In this document: positions 20,144 through 30,127 of the stretch, in pieces
Position numbering within the stretch: position 1 is the stretch's first letter
Layout of the letters: each line of letters begins with the position of its first letter
Assembly: GCA_038147495.1 (NCBI GenBank)
Contig: JAYQTT010000007.1
Span: forward strand, 9,192-73,191
Source of the DNA: Alphaproteobacteria bacterium
Lineage (GTDB): Bacteria > Pseudomonadota > Alphaproteobacteria > Puniceispirillales > Puniceispirillaceae
DNA length: 64,000 nt
Direction of reading: 5' to 3'
Translations under genes and position numbers: made by a program
The notes under the pieces: model-generated
What the model was told of the DNA's origin: nothing
The model's input: the letters and a program-made list of their open reading frames with translations, nothing else
Databases searched by the model: none

Positions 20144-21334
20144 ATGTCCCGCGCATCACAGCAACAATCATCCACAAACGCCTCAATTGCAAAGCCGATC
20201 ACTCAAACCAAGGACCTTGTCAACATTGTCCAGCGGTTTGAAAAGGCTGAATTTCTGGCGGTGGACACAGAGTTCATGCGTGAGAAAACCTATTACCCAC
20301 AGCTCTGTCTTATTCAAATCGGCGATGGCGATGTAGCGGTCTGCATCGACCCGCTTGCCCCTGATCTCGATTTGTCCAGCCTGTTTGCATTGATGCGCAA
20401 CCCGGCAATCGTCAAAGTGTTCCATGCGGCGAGCCAAGACCTCGAGATCTTCCTTCAATTGATGGGGGAGCTTCCAACTCCGCTTTTCGATACGCAAATC
20501 GCGGCGATGGTGCTTGGTCAAGGTGATCAGGTTGGGTATGATAAGCTGGTCAAGGCGCTTCTTGATTTTGATATCGACAAGACATCTCGTTTTACCGATT
20601 GGTCCAAGCGCCCGTTGAGTGACCGGCAAATCGCCTATGCGCTGGATGATGTGGTCTATCTGGCCAAGCTCTATCCGATCATACAACAGCGGCTTGACGA
20701 AATGGGGCGGCGGGACTGGCTTGCCGGAGAATATGCAAAGCTTGCTGATCCCAACAATTACCAAACAAATCCCGAGGACGCGTGGCGCCGGATCAAAATA
20801 CGACAGATGAAGCCCCCTGCCCTGCAACGCCTTGTTGATTTGGCGGCATGGCGCGAGACAGAAGCGCAGACGCGCGATCTGCCGCGTAGCCGGGTGATTC
20901 GCGATGAAACGCTGATCGATTTGGCCGGCACCAACCCAAAGTCCAGAGATGCGTTCAATAAAATTCGCAATTTTCCGGGTGGCAGCAATGGCAAGCTGGT
21001 TGATCCAATTCTGAAGATTTTGGCACAAGCGGATGCCGTGCCAGTGGATAGCTTGCCGAAAATCGACAAGCACAAATCACCAAAACGCCCCCCGGCGGCG
21101 ATTATGGAATTGCTGCGCGTGTTGTTAAAACATGTCTGCGACGACCTCGGCATTGCGCCGCGCCTGATTGCATCAGCCGATGATCTTGAAGCACTGGCGC
21201 TTGACGACCATGCCAATATCCCCGCACTCGAAGGGTGGCGGCACGAGGTTTTCGGGGTGGCGGCGCTGAAGCTGAAGAACGGCGAGACAGCGATCGCGGT
21301 AAAAAACCGCAAGATCACGCTTATCGATCTCTAG
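20144..21334 (+). CDS. rnd: Ribonuclease D
   Basis: 396 aa. DEDD exonuclease motifs FLAVDTEFMRE and YALDDVVYL, plus an HRDC region. Confidence 0.9.
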   Translation: MSRASQQQSSTNASIAKPITQTKDLVNIVQRFEKAEFLAVDTEFMREKTYYPQLCLIQIGDGDVAVCIDPLAPDLDLSSLFALMRNPAIVKVFHAASQDLEIFLQLMGELPTPLFDTQIAAMVLGQGDQVGYDKLVKALLDFDIDKTSRFTDWSKRPLSDRQIAYALDDVVYLAKLYPIIQQRLDEMGRRDWLAGEYAKLADPNNYQTNPEDAWRRIKIRQMKPPALQRLVDLAAWRETEAQTRDLPRSRVIRDETLIDLAGTNPKSRDAFNKIRNFPGGSNGKLVDPILKILAQADAVPVDSLPKIDKHKSPKRPPAAIMELLRVLLKHVCDDLGIAPRLIASADDLEALALDDHANIPALEGWRHEVFGVAALKLKNGETAIAVKNRKITLIDL

Positions 21335-21352
21335 ATCAGCGCCTTCACACAC

Positions 21353-22141
21353 CTAGATGGAGCTGTTGAAAGAGCCACCATCAATCAGAATATTCTGCCC
21401 GGTCAAATAGCCGGACTTGGCTGAGCACATCCACGCACAGGCAAAGCCAAACTCTTCGATGTTCCCAAGTCGTCTTGTCGGGTTGCGCCCTTCGAATGTC
21501 GCCCGCATTTCCTCAGGCGTTTTGCTCTCAGCCTTGGCCGCATTGGCGATCAGGCTCTCGATTCGGTCAGTATTGAACTGTCCGGGTAACAGGCCATTAA
21601 TCGTCACATTATGTTGTGCGACCTGTCGTGCCAAACCGGCACAAAAGCCGGTGAGCGCGGCTCTGGCACCATTTGACAGGCCAAGCTGAGGGATGGGAGA
21701 TTTCACAGAGCCAGAGGTGATGTTGACGATGCGACCAAATTTACGATCGCACATCGGGTCAATCACCGCCTTGATCAATTCAAACGCGGTAAGCATGTTT
21801 GCATCCAACGCGGCATTCCAGTTGTCGCGTGACCAATCGCGAAAATCGCCTGGAGGTGGACCGCCCGCGTTATTAACCAGAATATCGACGTCTCCAGCGG
21901 CCTCAAGAACAGCTTTTCGACCATCTTCCGTGGTGATGTCACAAACGACTTCCTTGACCTCAACACCATGCTTGCTCCGGATGGTTTCGGCAGCACTGGC
22001 CAGAAGATCACCGCCTCTGGCACACATCACCAAATTGACGCCAACCGCACCAAGGGCATCGGCACAGCCATAGCCAAGCCCTTTGCTTGATGCACAAACG
22101 ATTGCCTTGCGCCCTGCAATACCAAAATCCAACATCACCAT
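21353..22141 (-). CDS. Short-chain dehydrogenase/reductase family protein
   Basis: 262 aa with Rossmann motif ASSKGLG and NNAGG. The classical YxxxK is not obvious. Confidence 0.75.
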   Translation of the reverse strand: MVMLDFGIAGRKAIVCASSKGLGYGCADALGAVGVNLVMCARGGDLLASAAETIRSKHGVEVKEVVCDITTEDGRKAVLEAAGDVDILVNNAGGPPPGDFRDWSRDNWNAALDANMLTAFELIKAVIDPMCDRKFGRIVNITSGSVKSPIPQLGLSNGARAALTGFCAGLARQVAQHNVTINGLLPGQFNTDRIESLIANAAKAESKTPEEMRATFEGRNPTRRLGNIEEFGFACAWMCSAKSGYLTGQNILIDGGSFNSSI

Positions 22142-22159
22142 CTCTCCTGTTTCAAATGC

Positions 22160-22831
22160 CTATTCCTGATTACCATCGCTCATCGCTTCACGGGCAAGCC
22201 GCAATGTTATCTCACTTTTTCTGGCCAAAGACATTTCGTCCATTCGCCCGACAATGTCACGCGCCGCTGCGAATGACCGCTCCATCCGTGCCACCAGATA
22301 TTGTACCACCCGATCCGGGACAACAAGCTGCCTTTCAGCAAAATTCTTTTGCATCAATGCATGCAGCAATTGATCATCCGGACCATCGATCAAGGCGAGG
22401 TTGACCGCCCGCATGCGTGACGCCAAGTCCTTCAGCTTCCATGGCATCTGGCCGACAGGCTCATGGCTCAGTAACAGCAAAGACCCACCCTCGGCGGCCA
22501 CTCTGTTAAACAGGTGGAACAACGCCTCCTCTGGCCATTGTGGGTCCACATTGTCGAGAATGAAGTGCTCATTTGCAAAGCGCGACATGTCATTCAAGTC
22601 AGATGCAGCAAGGACACGCGCTTCGCTTTGCATCTGCCACACAGCCGCCAGATGCGATTTACCACTTGCTTCAGGTCCAGAGATATTCAGCGCCCGCGCC
22701 TGTCCAATCCAGTCTGGCCAACGATCTATCCATTGTGCCGCGATCTCATTACAGGCACTGATCAGGAAGTCGCCATGACCGGATGTTGTGCGCACATTCA
22801 AATCAAGCGGAAGCTGTTGCATCTTGTCCAT
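22160..22831 (-). CDS. hdaA: DnaA regulatory inactivator HdaA
   Basis: MDKMQQLPLDL N-terminus, degenerate Walker A GPEASGKSHL, a DnaA domain III-like region, and position next to purMN. The start was chosen at the internal ATG. Confidence 0.75.
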   Translation of the reverse strand: MDKMQQLPLDLNVRTTSGHGDFLISACNEIAAQWIDRWPDWIGQARALNISGPEASGKSHLAAVWQMQSEARVLAASDLNDMSRFANEHFILDNVDPQWPEEALFHLFNRVAAEGGSLLLLSHEPVGQMPWKLKDLASRMRAVNLALIDGPDDQLLHALMQKNFAERQLVVPDRVVQYLVARMERSFAAARDIVGRMDEMSLARKSEITLRLAREAMSDGNQE

Positions 22832-22841
22832 AGGCGCTCGT

Positions 22842-24005
22842 CTATTGCGTTTTTGACGAAACAATCGACATGCGACCATTTACGTCCGTGACCAGCTTCA
22901 AATCATGCGCCAGCAACGCATTCTCCACGGCCGCAATTGTCCCCTCGACATTGGCTGTGATCACGCCTGAACCAATATCCAACTTGCGGATATCATAACC
23001 GTTGAACACGGCGATTTGATCAAAGACCGCAAGTCGTGATGTCCATTGCGCAAGAGACGTTATCGGCACCACAAGCGTCAATCTTTGTGTGTCATTGCCG
23101 GAAATTGCGTTTGCGGCGTACCAGCTTGCCTCCATCTCACCGAGGATCTTGCTACGCGCAATGCCTAGCTGTTCCGCCAGATTGGTAGCTACCGGCATAT
23201 CCACCATCTTGGCCAATGTGGTCAGCAATCGGCCATCGCGTGAAAACAATTGTCCGTCAACCGTCAAAACCGGTGTGGCGCCCTGATAATCGAGACGGGC
23301 GATAACAAGCATCGTCTGCTCGGCCCCGGCAAGCGTTGCCGCATAGCTGAGCGTTACCTGATTGGCACGAGCCAGATCCTCGGCCCGAAGGCTACGCTCA
23401 TTGACGATTGTTGGTTCAAGCAGAACAAAATTAACAAGACCATGGGTTGTCTCAACCGCATCCCGCCATCCTGAGAGCCAGCTATTATTCTTTTGCCACG
23501 CGCGTGCGCCTTCCGGCCCCTGCCATACAGGCAAAACCAGAATGGGCGGACTGCGTAATTCTGTCCATTTCAAACCTGAAGTCCGAAAGCTTTGCCGCAG
23601 ACGCGCCGCGTCAAAACAGAAGTCGAGCAGCGCTATATACCGGCCTTCGAGACTGTTTTCTTCGCTGATATGAACAAAATCGGTAAATTCATCGAGGTCG
23701 TGCCGGGCGACAAACTCTGCGACAATCTCCGGGTCATGCAACAACCGCTTCAAAACCACGCCAAAGGCTGTTTCCGCAGCGGCCCGGGTACCAAGCTCAC
23801 GCGCCTCACCGGCTGTTTCAGCCCGCTGGTCTATGCTGACGTTCTGCACGCCAAACTCCGAAGTACCGCACTGTTCTGCAACAGCCAGCTCGCTCGCTAC
23901 AGACAGCCCAACAAACACCACAGCCAAGACAAACAAATGCTGCCGCACTGAACGTTGGCCGCTCAAATGCAGGTGGATCCATCGTAAAGTTAAAGCTGCA
24001 TTCAC
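22842..24005 (-). CDS. Secreted DUF2066-like protein (family assigned from memory); start uncertain
   Basis: 387-aa ORF with a signal-like LFVLAVVFVGLSVASELAVA. Its position between hda and purM matches the hda/DUF2066/purM arrangement I recall from Pseudomonas. Confidence 0.45.
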   Translation of the reverse strand: MNAALTLRWIHLHLSGQRSVRQHLFVLAVVFVGLSVASELAVAEQCGTSEFGVQNVSIDQRAETAGEARELGTRAAAETAFGVVLKRLLHDPEIVAEFVARHDLDEFTDFVHISEENSLEGRYIALLDFCFDAARLRQSFRTSGLKWTELRSPPILVLPVWQGPEGARAWQKNNSWLSGWRDAVETTHGLVNFVLLEPTIVNERSLRAEDLARANQVTLSYAATLAGAEQTMLVIARLDYQGATPVLTVDGQLFSRDGRLLTTLAKMVDMPVATNLAEQLGIARSKILGEMEASWYAANAISGNDTQRLTLVVPITSLAQWTSRLAVFDQIAVFNGYDIRKLDIGSGVITANVEGTIAAVENALLAHDLKLVTDVNGRMSIVSSKTQ

Positions 24006-24111
24006 AACGACAAAGCCCTATGATCCTGTTTGTTTTGTCTGTTATAACACCACCTCGCAGTGACGCCAGCATGTCAGATATAAATTCATCCAGCAAAATG
24101 ACGGATTACAG

Positions 24112-25176
24112 ATGAACAAGCCACTAAGCTATAAGGATGCAGGGGTTGATATCGACGCAGGAGACAAACTCGTCGCACAAATCGCCCCACATGCAAAGCG
24201 GACAAGAAGACGTGGTGCCGATGCGTCGCTTGGTGGCTTTGGCGGTTTGTTTGATCTTGCCGCTGCGGGCTTCAGCGATCCGGTTCTGGTTGCCGCGACC
24301 GATGGTGTCGGCACCAAGCTGGAATTGGCGGGACAGCTTGGCAAGCACCGCGGACTTGGCATTGATCTTGTCGCGATGTGCGCCAACGACATTCTTGTGC
24401 AAGGGGCAATGCCGCTGTTCTTTCTTGACTATTTTGCGACCGGAAAGCTGGAACCGGATGTTGCTGCTGAAGTGGTCGCGGGCATTGCGGATGGCTGTGT
24501 TGAGGTTGAATGCGCGCTTATTGGCGGTGAAACAGCGGAAATGCCGGGCATATACCCGCCCGGATCATATGATCTGGCGGGCTTTTGTGTCGGCGCCGCC
24601 GAGCGTGGGCAGTTACTGCATCCCGGTCAGGCCAAAGCCGGCGACATCGCCATTGCGCTACCATCATCCGGCGTTCATTCGAACGGTTATTCGCTTGTTC
24701 GCAAGATCATAGAGATCACTGGCGCGGACCTTGGCGCCGCGGCACCGGGCGACCCGGCACAAACACTTGGCGATGCTCTTTTGGCGCCGACCCGGCTTTA
24801 TCAAAAAGCCGTGCGTTGCGCGCTCGATCACGGCGGCGTAAGCGGCATTGTTCATGTCACGGGTGGTGGACTGATCGAAAATCCGCCACGTGTCTATGAC
24901 GACTCTCTTAGCCTGCATCTGGATCTTGCCGCATGCCCATTGCCACCACTATTTCGCTGGTTACGCGATTCGGGCAATATTGAAACCATGGAACTGGCGC
25001 GCACCTTCAATTGTGGTATCGGCATGATACTTTTCGCCGACAAAGACAATGCCGCTTCGCTGTTGGCTGATTTGCAATCTGGCCCGGAACCAGAGGCATG
25101 GATTGCCGGGCAGCTTGAGGTTCGTGATGCAGTCGATCAGGCGGTCGTCCTTATTAACAGCGAAAGCTGGGACTGA
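24112..25176 (+). CDS. purM: Phosphoribosylformylglycinamidine cyclo-ligase
   Basis: 354 aa; YKDAGVDIDAG, GGFGGLFDL and ATDGVGTKL motifs. Confidence 0.95.
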   Translation: MNKPLSYKDAGVDIDAGDKLVAQIAPHAKRTRRRGADASLGGFGGLFDLAAAGFSDPVLVAATDGVGTKLELAGQLGKHRGLGIDLVAMCANDILVQGAMPLFFLDYFATGKLEPDVAAEVVAGIADGCVEVECALIGGETAEMPGIYPPGSYDLAGFCVGAAERGQLLHPGQAKAGDIAIALPSSGVHSNGYSLVRKIIEITGADLGAAAPGDPAQTLGDALLAPTRLYQKAVRCALDHGGVSGIVHVTGGGLIENPPRVYDDSLSLHLDLAACPLPPLFRWLRDSGNIETMELARTFNCGIGMILFADKDNAASLLADLQSGPEPEAWIAGQLEVRDAVDQAVVLINSESWD

Positions 25177-25180
25177 CAGC

Positions 25181-25852
25181 ATGATTCGTGTTGCGATCCT
25201 TGTTTCTGGTCGTGGCAGCAACATGCAGAAGCTTGTTGAAGCGGCTGACCAGCACAGCGACAAGATCGAAATTGTTCTGGTCGCAAGTAACAAGCCTTGT
25301 GACGCGATCACCTATGCCATCAACCGGAACATCCCGGCCAAAATCATTGATCGTGCCGCATATGACAGCCGCGCCCTTCAAGAAGAGGCTCTGGCTGCCA
25401 CCATTGAGGAGGCGCAGGCTGACTGGATTTTTCTTGCCGGCTACATGGCCATTCTCGGCGCAGATTTTGTCGCCCGGTTTGCCAACAGGATCGTCAATAT
25501 CCACCCCTCTCTGTTGCCCGCATTCAAGGGTTTGGACACGCATGAGCGGGCTTTGCAGGCGCAAGTTAAAGAACATGGCGCAACGGTGCATCTGGTGAAT
25601 GCCGCGCTTGATGACGGTCCAGCAATCCTCCAGGCGAAATTGGCCCCATTACCGGATGAAGATGCACCGTCACTTGCCGCCAGAGTGCTGAGACTTGAGC
25701 ATCAACTCTATCCCTTCGTCCTGATCAGTCTCGCGCACGGCGATCTTGTGATAGAGGGTGGGCAGCCAAATTGGCAGCCAAAGAAAAACCGCAAGCACCT
25801 GAACGATGACGCAACCGAACAGTTTCTCTCGACCGCTGTCATCTGGCCATAA
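25181..25852 (+). CDS. purN: Phosphoribosylglycinamide formyltransferase
   Basis: MIRVAILVSGRGSNMQ and NIHPSLLPAFKG motifs. ATG at 25181 lies 5 nt after the purM stop. Confidence 0.92.
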   Translation: MIRVAILVSGRGSNMQKLVEAADQHSDKIEIVLVASNKPCDAITYAINRNIPAKIIDRAAYDSRALQEEALAATIEEAQADWIFLAGYMAILGADFVARFANRIVNIHPSLLPAFKGLDTHERALQAQVKEHGATVHLVNAALDDGPAILQAKLAPLPDEDAPSLAARVLRLEHQLYPFVLISLAHGDLVIEGGQPNWQPKKNRKHLNDDATEQFLSTAVIWP

Positions 25853-25974
25853 ACAAAGCCGGATACCTCTCAAACACGCGGTCAATAACTGACCTATTTG
25901 TGTTATCAAACCGTTGATTTTATGAGCTTGATGCGCGATAAGGTGAGAGAACGTCTGGCGAGGGAGACAGCAAC

Positions 25975-26106
25975 ATGAATACAGAAAATTTTGACAAACA
26001 AGCCAAAGCGCATTTGGCCTTCTATCACAGCTTCATGGGTGGAACAAAAATCGTTGTCGCGCTGGTTATTGTGACTCTTGTTGCCATGGCGGTGACGTTG
26101 CTCTAG
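25975..26106 (+). CDS. 43-aa single-TM peptide resembling bacterial aa3-type cytochrome c oxidase subunit IV
   Basis: MNTENFDKQAKAHLAFYHSFMGGTKIVVALVIVTLVAMAVTLL, with a gggagacagcaac spacer and RBS-like gaggga upstream. Not in the ORF track. Confidence 0.45.
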   Translation: MNTENFDKQAKAHLAFYHSFMGGTKIVVALVIVTLVAMAVTLL

Positions 26107-26175
26107 CAAAACCCCTAAAGGTTTGAACGTTTGCACCATTTGGCAGGCGCCGACTTTAACACGGTTTGCATACAG

Positions 26176-26203
26176 AAAAAGGCGGGTGATCCCCGCCTTT
26201 TTG
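26176..26203. terminator. Bidirectional rho-independent terminator between the CoxIV-like gene and ndk
   Basis: aaaaaGGCGGGtgatCCCCGCCttttt: a GC stem flanked by an A-run and a T-run. Confidence 0.75.
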
Positions 26204-26233
26204 CTTGCAATAACACGACTGCTAAGTCGGAAA

Positions 26234-26656
26234 TTATTCGGTGATTTCGCAGCCTGCGAAAAAATATGCAATTTCGATAGCTGCATTTTCCGGGCTGTCA
26301 GAGCCATGCACAGAATTGGCTTCAATTGACTCAGCAAAATCCTTACGGATGGTTCCCTCTGCCGCATCTGCGGGATTGGTGGCACCCATCACTTCACGGT
26401 TCTTGGCAATCGCATTTTCACCTTCCAGAACCTGTAAAACAACCGGACCAGAGGTCATGAAGGCAACCAGATCATTGTAAAATGGACGTTCGGCATGCAC
26501 CGCATAGAATGCTTTTGCCTCTGCCTCGCTCAATTGCTTGCGCTTCTGGCCAACAATTCTGAGGCCAGCGCCTTCCAAGCGGGCATTGATTTGGCCGGTA
26601 AGATTGCGGCGTGTGGCGTCGGGCTTAATGATGGAAAAGGTTCTCTCGAGGGCCAT
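26234..26656 (-). CDS. ndk: Nucleoside diphosphate kinase
   Basis: 140 aa; [13 protein letters not shown] and the NSVHGSDS active-site His motif. Confidence 0.95.
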   Translation of the reverse strand: MALERTFSIIKPDATRRNLTGQINARLEGAGLRIVGQKRKQLSEAEAKAFYAVHAERPFYNDLVAFMTSGPVVLQVLEGENAIAKNREVMGATNPADAAEGTIRKDFAESIEANSVHGSDSPENAAIEIAYFFAGCEITE

Positions 26657-26800
26657 GATGCTTCCTTTGTATGTCTGGTCAAAGCTGGGTCTTGGTTTTG
26701 CGCCGTAAAAACGGCAAATCTCGCCGCCTTAATAGGCAAAGCCGGGCAGCGTTACAACCCCCAAAATTCTGGTGGGGCGTGAAGATTGGAAACAAGTCAA

Positions 26801-27253
26801 TCAGGCCTTTTTCTGCCAACTTCCATCTTCATTTTGAGCATAATAGCTGAGCTGCAGGCTTTTATCGTCTGTCCAGTTCTTCCATTGCGCTCGTGCTTCT
26901 GTCACCTGTGCCTCAGAACGGCCATCAAAAAGGTTGAAGACGCGTTCAAAACCGTCCCAGCTTTTTGGTTCCTGTCCATGTAACAGGAATGCAAAGGTCG
27001 CGTCATTCTGATTGACGCCCGAGTCGGTAGAAATCCAAACGGGCGCGACATCACTTCCCGCTGCATCATCGACACCATGCGCAATCCATGAGTCGGCTTC
27101 ATCTGCCCATAATGCGTTGTCCAGAACATTGGCCGCTGGCTTTGGGCACAAAATCAACGCCTTCTTGCCCACAGCCAATGTCTTTTTTAACAGCATCGTC
27201 AGTGCCGCGTCATGGCCCGATTGGGTCAGATGATAAAAATCGACCTGAGTCAT
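26801..27253 (-). CDS. holC: DNA polymerase III subunit chi
   Basis: 150 aa, starts MTQVDFYHL, and shows the conserved holC-pepA adjacency. Confidence 0.8.
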   Translation of the reverse strand: MTQVDFYHLTQSGHDAALTMLLKKTLAVGKKALILCPKPAANVLDNALWADEADSWIAHGVDDAAGSDVAPVWISTDSGVNQNDATFAFLLHGQEPKSWDGFERVFNLFDGRSEAQVTEARAQWKNWTDDKSLQLSYYAQNEDGSWQKKA

Positions 27254-27295
27254 TTACGCGCCTGACACGTTCGGCCCAAGATAATTTGGAATGGG

Positions 27296-28761
27296 CTATT
27301 TTTCATTCCGGTTGACGTCTTTCCATTCATCAACAAGTCGATTCAACAGGCGAACACCGAAGCCGGTTCCGCCCTTTGGCACTGTTGGCGTTGATTTATC
27401 CGACCACGCCTTGCCAGCAATATCGAGATGCGCCCAAGGTGTGTTTTCAACAAAACGCTCCAGAAAACAGGCTGCGGTGATTGAACCGCCGTAGGGGCCG
27501 CCAATATTTTTCATATCGGCAATGTGCGATTTTAACATTTTGTCGTAGGCCTCGCCCATCGGCATCTGCCACAGCTTTTCCTCTGTGCGCTCACCAGCCG
27601 CCGACAAAAGCGCGGCAAGCTCATTACTGTTGGTGAACATACCGGCATATTCCTTGCCAAGCGAAACAAGAATGGCACCGGTCAGGGTCGCAAGATTGAC
27701 CATTGCGCGCGGCTTGAAGCGTGTTTCCGTGTAATGCAGCGCATCAGCCAATACCAACCTGCCCTCTGCATCCGTATTGATTACCTCAATGGTTTTGCCC
27801 GACATCGCCGTGACAACATCCCCCGGACGTTGCGCATTTCCATCCGGCATGTTTTCGACAAGCCCGATAACACCGACAACATTGCGCTTCACCTTGCGCC
27901 CGGCCAAGGCGCACATTGCACCCGTGACCGCCGCCGCGCCGCCCATGTCCCATTTCATGTCTTCCATGCCTTTTGCCGGCTTCAACGAGATGCCACCAGT
28001 ATCAAAAGTCACTCCCTTACCCACAAGAGCGACTGAGCCTCATCGCCGCCGCCCTTCCAGTTCATCACCACGAGCCGCGACTCGCGGCGGCTGCCCTGCC
28101 CGACGCCAAGCAATGCGCCCATGCCAAGCTTCTGCATCGCTGGTTCATCCAGCACCTCAATCTCAAGGCCAAGTGGAGCCAGTGCTCTACAGCGTTCTGC
28201 GAACACCTCTGGATACAATTTATTGGCAGGTTCAAACACCAGATCACGGGCCATCGCCACCCCCTCAAAAAGGGCATTCCGGTCTTGAATAAGCGCATGC
28301 TCATCATTGATGCCGGGGGCTGTGACATTGAGCGATACGCTCTCCTTGGCACTGTCCGTTTCGGTGAAATATTCCTCGAAATGATAGCCTGCAAGACGGG
28401 CACCAAACAGCAAATCCGCCATCACATCCTCGGCCAGACCATGGTCCGGCATATGTCCGCGCTTCTGGGCGGTTGCCTCCAGCGCGGTGAACAGCTTTCC
28501 TCCAATCGTCTCGGCATCCAATCCCGCTTCAAGCGTTTCACCAATCCCAACCAGCAGGTAGGTATTATCCTCCATGTAAAGTGTCAGAGTCTTTCCAGAC
28601 TTTCCGGTAAATTGCGCCTTGCCCATCGCCGCGATAAGGCTGGCAGCTTCGGCCTTTTCAAGCCGGGGAACAATGCGGGCACCGTCACCGATCAAACAGA
28701 CTGTAACAAAGTCGCCGGTTGGAGCGCTCTCGGACAAAATGAGTTTCAACTTATTAGCCAT
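27296..28761 (-). pseudogene. pepA: Leucyl aminopeptidase PepA, split by a single frameshift near 28024-28046
   Basis: The N-terminal 250-aa ORF ends ..[14 protein letters not shown]. The C-terminal ORF continues [30 protein letters not shown] in the +2 frame. The span is 1466 nt, one short of a multiple of 3. Confidence 0.8.
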
Positions 28762-29005
28762 GAATTTACCTTGTTGTGTTGAGCAAAATTAGCTGTGTTC
28801 AGTTTAGCGGCCGATTTGACCATGAATATGCAAGACCCGATAAAGCAAATTTGATTGACAGCGTCAAACCCGCTGACATTTCACCCACCTAACGAAGCGG
28901 TAGCGCCCCATAAGGTTATTGAAATCACGCGGATGACGGGCCAATATTTTTGCGTTTGGCGTATATGATGTGTTATCTAGTCGTCTGAACTTCAATGGAC
29001 ATACC

Positions 29006-30127
29006 ATGCAATTCAGCAGATATCTCTATATGCAGCATTTGCGTACGACATTTGGCGTCACGCTGGTGATTGTCGGCATTGTCTGGCTGTTCCAAACAAT
29101 CCGCTTGCTGGAGTTGGTCATTAACCGGGGTGCGGCTTTTCTGGACTTCGTTCTGATGTCATTGGCGGTCATTCCTTTGTGGATCACAATAGCACTGCCA
29201 ATCGGCGCCTTTATCGCGGCAAACTGGGTATTTCATCGCATTCTAGCTGATCGCGAACTGACAGTGATGCAGGCAATCGGGCAGAGTCCGTTCCAAATCG
29301 GTCGCGCAGCAATTTATGCAGGATGTACGATCAGTGCTTTACTTGCGGTAAATTCGGTCTTTGTCCTACCCGCGTCCTTTTCCACCTATAAAGAATTGCA
29401 GTTCAAAATCCGCAACAACATTCCGGCAATTATGCTGCAGGAAAATGTGTTCATCGACATTGTCGATGGAATGACCATTCTCATTGGCGAACATGAGGGT
29501 AACGGCGTCGCCCGTGACGTCTTCATCCATGACACACGCAACCCCACCCGCATCGTCACGGTAACTGCCGAAAGTGGGAAGTTTACCACGAGCGATGGGG
29601 CTCCTGCGCTTGTTCTCTATAACGGCCAACGCGCCGAAATGACTGAAACATCTGACAATGCGGCCATGTTGATGTTCGATAGCCATACAATGGCGATCAA
29701 CACATCCGGAAACAGCAAAGCAGAGCGGATGCCCATCGATATGAACGAGGATTCAATCACCAATTTGCTTGATCCAGAAAAATCTCCGAATGAAGCCTAT
29801 TACACTGAACGCCGTGTCGAAGGTCATTATCGAATAGCCTCTCCCCTGCTTGCGCTTGCGCTGGTGCTGATGACAACATCAATTATGTTGTATGGCCAAA
29901 TTCGCCGGGACCTATGGCTTCGCCGTGCAGCATTAAATATTTGTCTGGGGATCGGGCTGATTGTTTTTCTTGTTACATCAAGATCGATATCCGTAACTGC
30001 TCCACATTTCATCCCTTTGATTTATGTGTCTGTCGGGATGCCTATCGTTTTGAGCCTGTGGTCGTTGTTGCGAAACGAGCATTTACCCACGCCTTTAGCT
30101 GATGAACATATTGGGGCCAGCGCATGA
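29006..30127 (+). CDS. lptF: LPS export ABC transporter permease LptF
   Basis: YjgP/YjgQ-type permease starting MQFSRYLYMQHLRTTFGV, with six TM segments and a periplasmic loop. It is divergent from pepA. Confidence 0.85.
   Translation: MQFSRYLYMQHLRTTFGVTLVIVGIVWLFQTIRLLELVINRGAAFLDFVLMSLAVIPLWITIALPIGAFIAANWVFHRILADRELTVMQAIGQSPFQIGRAAIYAGCTISALLAVNSVFVLPASFSTYKELQFKIRNNIPAIMLQENVFIDIVDGMTILIGEHEGNGVARDVFIHDTRNPTRIVTVTAESGKFTTSDGAPALVLYNGQRAEMTETSDNAAMLMFDSHTMAINTSGNSKAERMPIDMNEDSITNLLDPEKSPNEAYYTERRVEGHYRIASPLLALALVLMTTSIMLYGQIRRDLWLRRAALNICLGIGLIVFLVTSRSISVTAPHFIPLIYVSVGMPIVLSLWSLLRNEHLPTPLADEHIGASA

Noticed and set aside
20183-21073. 296-aa ORF on the minus strand
   Set aside because: It is entirely antisense to rnd, whose product has clear RNase D motifs. 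The translation is low-complexity and Arg/Leu/Cys-rich, as expected of a shadow ORF.
25049-25180. N-terminal 44-codon extension of the purN ORF
   Set aside because: It overlaps the purM 3' end. The purN homology starts at MIRVAILVSGRGSN (ATG 25181).
27973-28782. 269-aa plus-strand ORF, and similar long antisense ORFs at 7757-8389, 18120-18584, 33518-34135, 47197-47850 and 62829-63329
   Set aside because: Each lies opposite a confidently identified gene (pepA, gatA/gatC, ROK, rsmA, DUF3306-like, parE). These are shadow ORFs.
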